A DNA stretch of 63,452 nucleotides, filler included, from Octopus bimaculoides (GCF_001194135.2; 6 parts of 4 records of this genome joined end to end with filler, not necessarily neighbours in it); one strand, 5' to 3'. Shown: positions 36,319 through 49,290, counted from the first letter of the whole stretch. Program-made: numbers and translations. The notes: generated by a model from the sequence alone, not told the origin.

Positions 36319-37151
36319 AATTTTTGGCTCTGTCAAGTCCATACTTGTTGCAAAGTGTCCAATGGACAAGCCTGGCTATATTGTCGTGACGTCTCTTATA
36401 TTCTTTCTGGGCTAGTAGCATACTTTAGCTGGTAATATACCATAAGCTTTCACCGTTTTGTCCACAGATTCTGCACTTATCACTTTCTTCTGTGCTGTCT
36501 ATTCTGTATTTTATGTAGTTTGTTCTTAGTGCTTGCTCTTGGGCAGCACAGATTAGAGCCTCCGTTTCCGGTTTTAAATCACTTTTAGTCATCCACAGCC
36601 ATCTTTTTTCTCTGTCTGTCTTATCTTTAACATCCTTATCAAATTGACCATGTATTCTTTTCTTTATTCACCTATTTTCGGTTTCATTCGCTTTCAATTT
36701 CTTGTATAGTGCTTTATCTTTGCAATCTTTCATCCTACACAAGCCTAACCTTCTTCTAGTAATGGCAGTTTTGTAGCATTTTTTTTTACATACCATGATA
36801 TGTTGTTTTCTTCTACTCTAATGCTGTGTTCGCATCCGATCAGTCTTCTTCCCCCTATTTTTCTTAGTACATACAGTCAATCTGTATTACTTTTTGGTGG
36901 AGTATCCCATATATAGTCAGCGACTTCCTTGTCTTTCTGTCTAAGCTGTTTAATAAAGTTCTATATTTAAGAGATGAGGAATTATGGACATTATTTAGAT
37001 TATTTGCATTTGCATCCATCTGCATCTTCATATATCAAAAGAAATAGCTGCAAAGAGCACTTCGTGTGCGGATGGATGGGTGTGTATATATATATGTATG
37101 AGTGTGTGTGTGTTTTGATATAAATAATTTATTTTTCTATTTGTTTCTCAG

Positions 37152-37335
37152 CCTTAATTCCGAGAAGAGACAAAGAGAGCAAATTAGAATTAGTAGAGAA
37201 AATAAAGATATTTTACAGAGGATATTGAACCGGCGAGCAGAATATAACCACACGACTTGGCAGAAAGAATGGAAGAAAAATCGTTCATTTTTGAATAATA
37301 TATCCCATTTTCCCAATGACTGGTGGTCCAGTACG
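37152..37335 (+). CDS. CFAP97D2: CFAP97-domain protein, internal exon
   Basis: Acceptor ttgtttctcag, donor ACG|gtaagt, 184 nt, phase 2/0. The split codon AG|C gives Ser, then LNSEKRQREQIRISRENKDILQRILNRRAEYNHTTWQKEWKKNRSFLNNISHFPNDWWSST (family motif SLNxxKRxRExxRIxxENxxILxRI). Confidence 0.88.
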
Positions 37336-39028
37336 GTAAGTGTATAAATGAAGTGATTATACGTATGTATTCTTTTTTTTCTTTCAGACTTGTATATCTG
37401 TTTGAAAATATATATGGTGGTATACGTATGTTTATAGATGCCTAGTTATGTTGTGCTCTTTTGTCATCACAAGACTTCAATTAAAAAAAAAAAAAAATGA
37501 AAATGAAATCACAGCTTTCTAAGAAAGGAAAAACAATCTTTATTGAAATATAGATAACACAAGTTATTAGAAACTAAATCATCTACTCTCGATTTTGTTT
37601 CTTCATAACTTTCTGGAAAATGGATATTTTTTTAATGAAAATGCCTGTAAGCTGGCGTAGATGACAATTATATCGCAATTTAATGAGAAAAGAAAAAAAT
37701 TGGTGGGCGGACACATCATGATTGTTTCAAAGTTCTTAGTTTCATTTTGTATACATTCGTGCATTCACTCACACACACACACATATGATGTGTATGTATG
37801 TGTGGGCGCCCACCAAATTTGTATATATACTATTTTACAATGAATTTTTTCTACCCACTTACTGATTGAATTGCAAAATATATGTTATTCTTTTGTGCGC
37901 GAGTGATGAATATATAAGTAAAGTATGTTCCCAAAATATCTGCTTAAACATTTGGTAACATGACCAAATGTAGTACCATTTGCTACATTTACGATATTTA
38001 CTTGGTAGACGAAAAAGAGGCTTTCTTGCTTTCCAGGTTGCTTTGAAATCAGCACACTCCTAATGATATGTATCTAAAGTCATTATCATTTTTGTATGAG
38101 TTAAGGGTGACGTTGCGTAAGGACAATAGTGTCAAGTTAAATATCCTGTAGTATCTGATTAAGTTCATTTATGTTTTTAAGTTCAAATCATGTGGAGATT
38201 TGAGTGTCTTCCTTATCACTGAGTTCGATAAAATAAATAACAATGAAGTACAGAGTTGTCTTAGTAGCATTATAGACCCTCGGGCAAACCAGTGCACTAG
38301 GGCCTATAGTATTTATCTATTAACAGGTAGATCAGAACTGGGCAGAACTGTGAGGCCTCCAGGAAACAGTCTAGTGTGACCATACCTTAAGACGGCATTG
38401 ATCACTGTCCCACTGCCAAAATAGGAAGCATCGAGCCAGTGTAAGAAATCATTATATCACACGATAGATCAGTGGTTCTCAACCGGGGTCCATGTAATAT
38501 TTTAGGGGTCCACAATAGTATTTTAAAAGACCCTAAAGAAATTTTGCTTTAAATGTATGTGTAAAAATTAACACTTCCTTCTCCAAGCCAAGATTCGAAA
38601 CCGAATCTAAGAATTCTCGGTCGTCCAAACCACCACGATCAACAGGCGCGAAAACAGGTTTTCTTTGTCCTGTCAAAAAGTGATTGATCATCTCCCTTTA
38701 ACCTTCGATCTAAGGCCATGTCAGGCGAAGTTCAAATGGACAGGAGCTGACATATTTAAATACAAACTCTGCTGCAGTATGTCTGTCCTTCTAGCTGCTA
38801 CGATTCTTATAAATTCAGTGGTCAACAAGACAGAAAAGAGAGAATGCCCTAGCAGCCAAACGAGGAACGTCTACGCCACGACAGCTTTTCTCAGAGACCA
38901 GAGCAATGTACGTAATTCATCTGAGACAGTAGTCTACCGTGGAACTTCGAACATTGCTCTGGTCTCTGAGAAAAGCATGTCTATGTGTGCAAGGTAGATA
39001 CACATATGGACGCACACATACACATGGA

Positions 39029-39112
<84 letters not shown>

Positions 39113-40449
39113 CACAACATTGGCAAGCTAAACATGGCCTTTGAAAGACAGAATCAAATATAACAATGAATGGAAAATGTTTGTGAAGTTAAAAGCGTGT
39201 ATAAATGGAACCAATAAGTGAAGCCTTTGTCTCAGAGGATACAAATTCTACTAAGCATCCTAAAACCTACCTGAACTCTAGAATTGAAGTTTTACAAATT
39301 GTCCTCACATATACAAGTACACACTAGCCAAAAGGGAAACCATATCTCCTGATTGCAAACCACTGTGAAGGATATCTTCTCATACACTCCCTTCTTTCTT
39401 ATCAACAAAGAATAACTGGACATAAACCAATAAGTTGAACGAAAGTACTTTATGGTATATTGCTTAAAGTAGTTAAGATGAACTTAGCCATTTTGATTAT
39501 TATACAATCAATGAAAATAAGTATCATACAATTTACTGAAATCAATTAAAAATCCTTGAGTATGATACCCCAGTGTTGTAACTGCAGTACAAAGATGGAA
39601 ATTACTGAATGAATAAAAAAAGATATACATACACCCAAGAGAAGTACAGTTTTCTTTCGGGGGGCGGTGTACAGAAGAGTGAATTAAAATATTAAAATAA
39701 TTCAGAAAAATTAGTCAGAAGTAATGTAGGTATCATTTCTTAACTTATTTATAAATAGGTGTAAAATGTCTGTGAAATTTCCGAAGGAAATAAAATACTG
39801 CTTAACTCTTTATGTCTTTGTTGAGCAGTAATTTCATTCCCTTGGGAAAATTCCAAGACCTTTTATACTTGTATATAAATAAACTAAGAAAACAATAATC
39901 TCATCATTTCTGACCAATCTTCTTTAATGTGTGTGTGTGTGTGTGTGTGTAAGTCAAGCTAACAGTTCCCCATGAAAATAATAATGGTGTACTGCACTGA
40001 CTTGGAAGAATGGCTGGCATGAACACCACCAAATGCCTGGATGTTGTTTGGAAGGTGGTATATCATCTAATCATCTAATGGTTGCAGTGGAATACCAGGA
40101 AGTAGTTTGAGGCAATGATAATTGCTGCTGTTTGTGAATCATCATAAAACAAATTCCATTATGAAAGGTAAGCAGGCCACAGTTGAAAAATCAAGTCACT
40201 GGATTTGGCTAAAAAGAGATGATGGGATGTGGCTAGGAAAAAAATTGGGTCAAAGTTGATAACCAGTTGATCGATCAAGTAGGTCCTCACATCATACAGT
40301 GGAGCCAGTGCACAATAAATCCACCAAAATAGTATGCTTTCTCCCCTGGTGATCCTTTCAGCCCCTAGTGCCCAGTACAAGGAGATTTTTAACTGGGAAC
40401 ACTTGCATCTACAAGTTGTTTGCAAATAAACTATGTGTGTGTATACACA

Positions 40450-40505
<56 letters not shown>

Positions 40506-41061
40506 NNNNNNNNNNNNNNNNNNNNNNNNNNNNNNNNNNNNNNNNNNNNNNNNNNNNNNNNNNNNNNNNNNNNNNNNNNNNNNNNNNNNNNNNNNNNNNN
40601 NNNNNNNNNNNNNNNNNNNNNNNNNNNNNNNNNNNNNNNNNNNNNNNNNNNNNNNNNNNNNNNNNNNNNNNNNNNNNNNNNNNNNNNNNNNNNNNNNNNN
40701 NNNNNNNNNNNNNNNNNNNATATATATATATATATACACATGTACATGCGTATATTTATATATGTGTGTGTCTGTATTATTGTGAATGTGAACATAATTT
40801 GCTTGTGTGTGTAAATGTTTGTCGTTGTTGTTCATGAGGATGTTGAAAAGTTGAGGGTTTTGTCTGGGTGGAAAGAGAGAAAATCAACACCAATTTTTCA
40901 TATTAAACATTAATTAAGGTTCTAGTCATAACATGTTTCAGTTTCCTATAATAAATTGCTAGGTGAGACTTGTTATCAGGCCTGTCTTAGTTAGAGATAA
41001 CATTAGCTATTTATATTACAACCTGATTCTTTCATCTGAAACCATGGGCACACAAGCATGT

Positions 41062-41092
<31 letters not shown>

Positions 41093-41492
41093 TTTACACA
41101 TGCACACACACATGCGCGCACACACACACACATATTTACACATTTACACATGCACACACACACACACACACACATTACATTATATTATATACACAGTTTC
41201 TTTAAGTAATTTATCATTTTAAACATTTTCAATGTCTTGATAAACTTATGAGACACATGGTGTGTGTGTGCGCGCGCGCACGATGGTATTTTGTGTGCTT
41301 TGTATTTTCTTGAGGTTTGTAAGTCTACTCTTCCAGGATTCCCAGTTCCCAAATTCCCAGCCTACAAATTTTTAGGTTTCCCTATTGCCTTTCATGTTTC
41401 TTGTTTTTTTTTTTGCATATGTTTCATCTCATCTCAATGTTTGCTGAACACAAGTACAGCACCAAATATATGTTTGTTTTAATAATTTACAG

Positions 41493-41846
41493 AAACCTAA
41501 TGCTAAGAAAAAATCTGTTTCAAAAGACAAAAGAACTGATTGCAGAAGCAAGACTACCAATGATGAAGCTGAATCAGAAAAAAGTCCGATGCCAGAAGTA
41601 CAAGACGATAGGAAAACAGATGAGAAAGGAAATGAATTAAGACGTTCTCGGGAGAATACTAAAATACATGGGAATACTGAACTACAAGAGGATACTAAAG
41701 CACAAGACAAAACTGAAGTACAAGAGAATACTAATATACAAGTGGAAACTGAAGTACGAGATTCTGAAGTACAAGAAGACACTGAAGAAGAAGAAGATAA
41801 TACTAGAGAACAAGATAATACTGAAGAAGAGGATAATGCTGAGTAA
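41493..41846 (+). CDS. CFAP97D2: CFAP97-domain protein, probable terminal exon (basic then acidic low-complexity tail)
   Basis: Acceptor ttttaataatttacag, phase 0 matching the preceding donor. 117 open codons (KPNAKKKSVSKDKR...TEEEDNAE) then TAA; AATAAA at 41878. Linkage rests on phase and position, not homology. Confidence 0.7.
   Translation, partial: KPNAKKKSVSKDKRTDCRSKTTNDEAESEKSPMPEVQDDRKTDEKGNELRRSRENTKIHGNTELQEDTKAQDKTEVQENTNIQVETEVRDSEVQEDTEEEEDNTREQDNTEEEDNAE
41658..41843 (+). repeat. In-frame 18-bp coding minisatellite (about 10 units)
   Basis: Units start with ACT every 18 nt (one 15-nt and one 21-nt variant), encoding T-[EK]-x-Q-[ED]-[ND]. Confidence 0.85.
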
Positions 41847-41877
41847 ACTAAAGAGGTTGTTCGGAAAAATAATGATT

Positions 41878-41883
41878 AATAAA
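41878..41883 (+). promoter_or_regulatory. Candidate polyadenylation signal
   Basis: AATAAA about 30 nt after the stop codon; overlapping AATAAA copies also at 41970-41979. AT-rich context lowers specificity. Confidence 0.45.
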
Positions 41884-43884
41884 AATGTTTAATAATTTCC
41901 CTCAAAATCCTCTGGTTAAATATATGTGACCTATAAAAATATTATTAAATTCTTTGACGCATTTTGTTTAATAAATAAAAATTTTATTTCAATAATGAAT
42001 TTCTAAATTTCTTAGTAAACACACACACACACACACACCTTTTACACCTGTATATAGATATATGAATGAAGTGTTTAATGTTTGAAAATGAAGTGAAGTA
42101 AGTGCAATAATAACGTTCACACTCACTGATGGTCGCTCTCAGTAACTGCCTTTAGCTTACGGAGTTCTTGTTTTCATAAATATCGAAAAGCAGCCAGAAG
42201 GATAGACATATTGTTGAAAACATGATTTCGTTGGAGGTTTGTTATCTCCATTCCAGCCCCTGGTGGCTTAGAAGAGGTTAGAAGGGTCAAGTGGCAAAGA
42301 CATTATTCTGCTTAGCAAATGCATCTGGGAAATGTATAACTGCTGTCATTTACAGAAAAACTCTCCTTTCACTGTGAGAAAAGCACTGTTGAAGTGTTAA
42401 GTGAAATTTGACAATCGAGGATCGAATCCACGCTATGCCTGCATGAAGCCACTACAAATACGTTGTGGAATAAAAAAANNNNNNNNNNCACGCTATGCCT
42501 GCATGAAGCCACTACAAATACGTTGTGGAATAAAAAAAATTATCTACTGTCATGGAAAAAGGGTAACTGTAAAAATGCAGAATTATCGGAGTAAAGGGCA
42601 TTCAAAAAAGTATGTATGTATAGAAATGCATGAATGAAGTCTTTAAGGTTTAAGATTCAAATCAAGGAAGTGCAATAATAATGTCTAGCAGTTCAAAGCA
42701 GTAGCGAAATGCAGAATTAGGTCGGCTGATAGTGAGAATCAAATATTAATCGCTTCGCTAAAAACTGCAGGGGGCATGGATTATTTCCCTTGGGTTTAAA
42801 TAAAATATTAGTAATATGTAGTAGATAGAAGGATCCATTAGAGGGGCATTATTATCGATTTTTTTTCAACGAACTAAATATATCACGAGGTTTCCAGACA
42901 TGAGTTCAACTCACCTGTCAAATAAAGTATAAAAATGATATTGTTTGCAAAAATAAGAAATTGGGCAAAAAAAAAAAAAAAGATCAATATTCAAAGTAAT
43001 CGAATATAAACAATGAAACCTGTAAAATATTTCTGAATTCAATGGCTTAATCATTTTCATGAGAATGTATGAACTGTAAATAAGCAATAAATATTATGAC
43101 TTGTAAAATAAGTATAAGTGATAAGTCCCAACTGAATGTGGTGTGGAAGTTTGGTTTCATTTTTTAAGGATTTTAAGCATTCAAAGTACGAGTTCATTGT
43201 ATTGGGACACACTTATTTAATACGTTCTGGAATCAAAAATTTATGCAGTGTTATCGAAAAATTGTAACTGGAAAAATGTAGAAGTATCAGAGTTATGGGC
43301 ATTATGTATCAAGAAAGTGCAATAATAAAGTCTAGCAGTTCAAAATTGTGAGTAGTGAAATGCAGAATTAGGTCCGCTAATCGTGAAAATCAAATATTGA
43401 TCGCTTTGCTAAAAACTAACAACTGTAGGTGCAGGTGCTACGGGTTATTTCCCTTGAGTGTTTAAAAAAATATTGTGCAGGTGCTATGGGTTATTTCCAT
43501 CGGGTGTTTAAAAAAAAAAATTAGTTATATAAGGTAGATATAAAGGTCCCTTCCAGGGGCCGTATTATCGATTTTTTCAACAATCTAAGCATGTCACAAG
43601 GTTTCCATCTTGTGTCAAGTTTCATCAAAGTCAGGAAAACGATGTAGGAGGAGTTAGCTAACAACGCCACAAACAAACACCGATTTTCCACATATGTAGT
43701 AGATGTAAACAAGAGATAAATCACACCATTGATAAGACACTTGACCACAAATCACTTCCATAGTACTATCCCTGCTTATAGCAACGGCGTGTACCATTTG
43801 CTGCACACACTTGTAGCCACACATACCATTGAGGAATCTTTATGTGGTTGTTCAACCAACTAAAATCAAGGAGCTGTATCTCCC

Positions 43885-44112
43885 TTAACCCTTTAGCATT
43901 CAGTTTATTCTATCAAATGTAACGCTTACTTGTTCACATTCTTTTGTATTCTTCGTACATTATTTCATAGCTTCAAGATTTCAACGATGTGGTTGTTTAT
44001 TTTTCGAATGACATTTTAGGGGAGGTGCGAGAGGCCTGATCTGACCGCTCTGAACATAAAACAGATAGACTATTTGGGCTGGATATGACTGGTTTAAATG
44101 ATAAAGGGTTAA
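43885..44112. mobile_element. piggyBac-like MITE
   Basis: TTAA-CCCTTTAGCATT at the left end and AATGATAAAGGG-TTAA at the right: TTAA target duplication with inverted termini, 228 bp. Confidence 0.75.
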
Positions 44113-44369
44113 CTAAGTCTCTGCCATCTTGAAAACAAAGGGTGTATTAAACAGTATGGCTTGAAGAGGCAAAAAGATGGGATGGTCACTGTTGGAATGA
44201 CTTTGATTTTATGTTTTCTTGATCAGAGTTGGCCCCAGAAACATGCGCGCGCGCGCACTCACACACACACACACACGTGTACAGAAATATATACACACAG
44301 ATGGGGGGAGAGAGAAAAAGAGAGACGTTCTCATTTATTAGTTGAAAATTTTCCCTTCCTTCATACTGC

Positions 44370-44690
44370 CTGGCTTTTTGTCAGTTACGATGACAAGCAT
44401 TCCAGTTGATTTGATCAACAGAACAGTCTGCTTGAGAAATTAATGCACAAGTAGGTGAGCACTCAACAGACATGCGTACCCTTAACATAGTTCTTAGGGA
44501 GATTTAGTGAGACACAGAATGTGACAAGGTTGATCCTTTTGAAGTACAGATACAACTCATTTTTGCCAGCTGAGTGGACTGGAGCAACGTGAAATAAAGT
44601 GTCTTGCTCAAGGATGCAATATGCCACCAAGAATCAATGTCATGACCTTACAATCATGAACCAGATATCCTAACCACTAAGCCATGATAC
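44370..44690 (+). mobile_element. SINE family C
   Basis: CCAGTTGATTTGATCAACAGAACAGTCTGC...TACCCTTAACATAG...GCCAGCTGAGTGGACTGGAGCAACGTGAAATAAAGTGTCTTGCTCAAGG; shared with 60490-60720. Confidence 0.75.
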
Positions 44691-45207
44691 ACATAAAGAG
44701 AAATACACACATAAAAGAGAGAGAAGATAGACATTAACATGACGGAAACATTAAAACAATTCGGCATTCGAGTACTATTTTTTCCACCTTGTTTCACATT
44801 TATGAGCTTACTCTGGTATATATATATANNNNNNNNNNNNNNNNNNNNNNNNNNNNNNNNNNNNNNNNNNNNNNNNNNNNNNNNNNNNNNNNNNNNNNNN
44901 NNNNNNNNNNNNNNNNNNNNNNNNNNNNNNNNNNNNNNNNNNNNNNNNNNNNNNNNNNNNNNNNNNNNNNNNNNNNNNNNNNNNNNNNNNNNNNNNNNNN
45001 NNNNNNNNNNNNNNNNNNNNATGTAGTTGGCTATGAACTCTTAGAGGTCATAGGCCAACAGGTAACCCCATAAACCGGCTTCACCAGGAAAGAATATATA
45101 TCGATCAGTACATATATCATCAGACTAAAATTGTCAGAGTCATATAACCTCTCTACCTTTAAGGGAAGAAAACGTCATGGCCATTAAATTTTGTAAACAA
45201 AATTTCA

Positions 45208-45955
45208 AAATTCCCGTAACGAAACAAACAGGTACAGTTTGGGGGGGGGGGGGGAAGTAGAGTTATCCCCCTTACATCGGTTCCAGATGCGTCAACAGTC
45301 ACTACTTTCGAAACTAGTCTTCCTAGTCTGCAAATGGAGAGTTCTAAATTGGCAACAGGTATTTCCTCTGAAAGTGTTTAGTCAATGCCCCTATCAGAGG
45401 AAATTCCTGTTAAAAACATGGAATTCTTTATCTGCGGACTAGGAAATTGCTGACGAAGTTCTTGTCATCGTTGGGGGCTCACCTTATCGAGGCATCAACT
45501 GACACCCGTGCGGGTGCTTGGCTGTTCCATCGCTTTAGCCTCACCGTCGCTCATGCTAGTGCCACGAGCGTGTTGATTTGCTTCAGCAGGTTCCGTTGAG
45601 CCTTGTGGTGTGCGACCAACTGAGGTACCAATTGTGGTTGAATTGATGTATTTTTTCTTTCTTTGTTCTTCTTTTTCCTATTTTTTTTACCTCCTGATTT
45701 TGTATTTGTATTTTCAACGTGGTTTTGCATTATATATCTATTATATGCATAGGTATTATATTCCAATTAATCAATATAGATAATTTTTTTGGGGGAAAAA
45801 AAAGTAATAAAAGTAATTTCTCTATGAATCTCCACAATACCATATTTGGGATCGATTTTAAAAGTAGTCGTTGTTGACATACACGGGAACAGATGTAAGG
45901 GGAATAACTCCACCTCACCCAAATCTGTACCAGTAGGTTTTGTTACCGGGAATTT
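45208..45955. mobile_element. Foldback/MITE-like element with long imperfect inverted arms
   Basis: AAATTCCCGTAAC...GGTACAG...GAGTTATCCCCCTTACATCGGTTCC...GTCAACA...ACTACTTT (45208-45320) is mirrored at about 45850-45955. Confidence 0.6.
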
Positions 45956-45985
45956 GTAACAATCAACCATAACAATCAACCTTCG

Positions 45986-46034
<49 letters not shown>

Positions 46035-47285
46035 ACACAGAGTTTTATTTAAATAAGAAGGAAGGCTCTTAGACATCGCCAGGAACGTGAAGGGGATCTC
46101 ACAACAGCCAAAGCTTAGCTTTTCTTGCAAGTGTGAAGAAGAAAATAATCTGTTATTGAATTTAATTTATTACAAGAATTCTCAACACTGGAACTTTTCT
46201 TTAACAGATACTGTATCGATATTGACCAATACAGTCAATATTTACAGGAATATAAATCCTGTGTTAACTTAAATAAATTCTATTTTGAGAAAATAATGGA
46301 GAATAAATACTTATTTAAGGGAAATGAGAATTTGTTTCAAATATGATTAGCACCTGGAAATTGAAAACATATAAACATATACTAAAAGATAGAAGATATT
46401 TTTGAATAGAAAATAATTTTCTTTTTGCAAAATCCAGTTAAAAGCTTTCATAATATTTGTTATTATTACTTGAAGCTGGCTCAATAACATATTTTTAAAC
46501 TGGCTTAACATGTGACATGTTTGATGGCAGTGTACAAAAGAATCTAAAGTCATGATAACAAATTATGACTTTTATTAGATAAAAAAACCATCAAACTATC
46601 AAATAAAATTATAGACTGAACTTTATTTTAGTTTGTATCATTGTTGTCTTAGATTTTTCTGTACTTGAAGGTAATGTGTCTTAAGGCATGGACACACTAG
46701 GCAGTTGCCCAGGATCCCCACAAATCTAGGGGCCCAATGCTAATCTTTTCATGTTTTTGTTGTGTATATAGGAGACCTCACTGCATTACTTTGTCCAGAG
46801 GCCTATAATTATGGTAAACTAGCCCTTATTAAACTATTACAACATAGAACCTACTTCATTTTTTTTAGACTTAGATAAGTTGGCCTTTTGCATAGTGATG
46901 TTTGGAGTCTAATAAGCAACCATATTATATACTAAAATATTGAAAACTATGTGTAACATTTTCTTCATTGCTTCATATCTAAACAACATCAGGCATAAAC
47001 TTCATTTGTTAATTTATGAGAATGTCAAATGAGATGAATATCTGCAGACATCAAGGCTTGTAGATGTTTACTTCAAGACCTTAAGATGGCATAGTAATAG
47101 ACATTTTCTTATGCAAAGAAGCATATAATTGGTAAAAAATGTACTGAAATATTTCCATGCAATAAAATACATACTTTTATTTGTCACATGCTTAAAATAA
47201 TGCATTAAACACTTTAGTTTTTCTAGGAAACAATGATTAACATTTTGATATAAACTGAAATATAAAGAATATATCTAGATTTATT

Positions 47286-47706
47286 TGAGTGAGATTGTTG
47301 TCAGTGCCGATGGACTGGCCCCTATGCAGGTGACACATAAAATACACCATTTCGAGCGAGGCCGTTGATCGTTACCAATGTCGCCTCCCTGGCACGTGAA
47401 AAGACATTTGAGCGAGATCGTTGCCAGTACCGATGGACTCGCTCCTGTGCAGGTGGTACGTAAAATACACCATTTCGAGCGTGGCCGTTGCCAGTACCAC
47501 CTGACTGGCCCTCGTGCCGGTGGCACGTAAAAGCACCCACTACACTCTCTGAGTGGTTGGCGTTAGGAAGGTCATCCAGCTGTAGAAACTCTGCCAAATC
47601 AGATTGGAGCCTGGTGTCGCCTCCTGGTTCACCAGTCCTCAGTCAAATCGTCCAACCCATGCTAGCATGGAAAGCGGACGTTAAACGACGATGATGATGA
47701 TGATGA
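47286..47706 (+). mobile_element. SINE-like element with modular internal repeats and a (GAT)n tail
   Basis: About four diverged 55-65-bp modules, then GGTTGGCGTTAGGAAGGTCATCCAGC...TGGAAAGCGGACGTTAAACGACG(ATG)n. Confidence 0.7.
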
Positions 47707-48009
47707 CATCAACACAAGAATGAAAGAGAGAAAGAACGAGGAGGAGCAGGACAGAAAACAACAAGAAAGAAAGAAAGGGATAGAGGTACCAGTAGAAAAA
47801 TACAAACATGTTATGCTTACCTAGTGAAATTAATGCTAGGGTAGTTTGAGTATTCCATGTTCTGTTTCATTGTNNNNNNNNNNNNNNNNNNNNNNNNNNN
47901 NNNNNNNNNNNNNNNNNTTAATTAATTAANNNNNNNNNNNNNNNNNNNNNNNNNNNNNNNNNNNNNNNNNNNNCCCCCCCCCCTCTCTCTCTCTCCATAT
48001 ATATATATA

Positions 48010-48235
48010 TATATGTACGTGTGTTTGTGTGTCTGTGTTTGTCCCCCCATCATCGCTTAACAACCGATGCTGGTGCGGTTACTTCCCCGTAACTTAGCGG
48101 TTCGGCAAAAAGAGACTGATAGAATAAGTACTACGTTTACAAAGAATAAGTCCTGGGGTCGATTAGCTCGACTAAAGGCGGTGCTCCAGCATGGCCACAG
48201 TCAAATGACTGAAACAAGTAAAAGAGTAAAAGATA
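48010..48235 (+). mobile_element. SINE family B, 3' half
   Basis: TTGTCCCCCATCATCGCTTAACAACCGATG...CCCCGTAACTTAGCGGTTCGGCAAAAGAGAC...CCAGCATGGCCACAGTCAAATGACTGAAACAAGTAAAAG. Confidence 0.85.
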
Positions 48236-49255
48236 TGTATATAAACATATTTACAGTGATATGGAGAAGTACTTTAAATAATAATTGAACATTAGCCACT
48301 TTTAATAACACTCTATACACAAAAATGCCTGTCAGTGTGTGCGTGTGTGTGTGCGTGTCTGCGTGAATGAATGAGTATTTGTGTCTACATAGATATTTAT
48401 ACCGTTTGTTCGACAATAAAAAAAAAGAACAGGAGAGGCACACGCGCACGCATACAGTAACACACGGTCACAGAAACACAAACTAAAACTTGATTCTCAA
48501 ACGTAATATAAATACTAATTAGTAAATGACATGTGGGGATCAAAAACGAACTCATTAACAAACAACTACGGTCTCTTGATGACACATGACAAGGTCGTAT
48601 ATTGTGTCGCGTTCAGCTCTGTCAATGACTGTATTATGGATGAGCTGTGAAATGTTGCCAGTGTCACCAGCAGGGATGATGGAGTTGAGGGCGCCATTGG
48701 GCAATATTTAACACCAACGATAACATCAGTAATAAAACACACAATGCACTTCTTTCACACACATGTTAGCGTGTGTACGTGTGTACGCATGTATATACAT
48801 ATATACATTACATGCCTACACACACACACACGGGCATATATGTGGGTGTGTGTGTGCATATATATATATATATATATATGCACACACGTACTGCCATACA
48901 GATGTGTTTATTTGTGGGTAATTTATTTGGCTTTTGAAAAATATAGAATTTCATTTCCTTTTTATTTGTTTTTATGTTTTCTAGTTTATTAATTTCTTTA
49001 TTATCTTTTTCTTCCTTGCTTTCCCTTTTCTCTTTACATTTAAGTTTGGAAGTTTAGACCAGAATTAACAAGACTGCGAGCATATGACACGCTCTTAGTA
49101 TGTATGTATATAATAATACAAATGATATGTGAGCATATGCATATGTACATAGATATAAGTACATACCTACATCTACCCGTATATATAGATGCATATCCGG
49201 TTACAGGACGTCACAAAAACGTGGTAAAAAAAAAACACTCTTATGTATCTACGTA

Positions 49256-49290
<35 letters not shown>

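Noticed and set aside
42429-42540. 49-bp direct repeat CACGCTATGCCTGCATGAAGCC... on both sides of a 10-N gap (similar cases near 30291 and 49535)
   Set aside because: An exact repeat across a minimal gap is typical of unmerged overlapping contig ends.
47286-47535. CRISPR-like appearance of spaced repeats here and at 60840-60904
   Set aside because: No constant repeat with unique spacers, no cas genes, and the context is eukaryotic.
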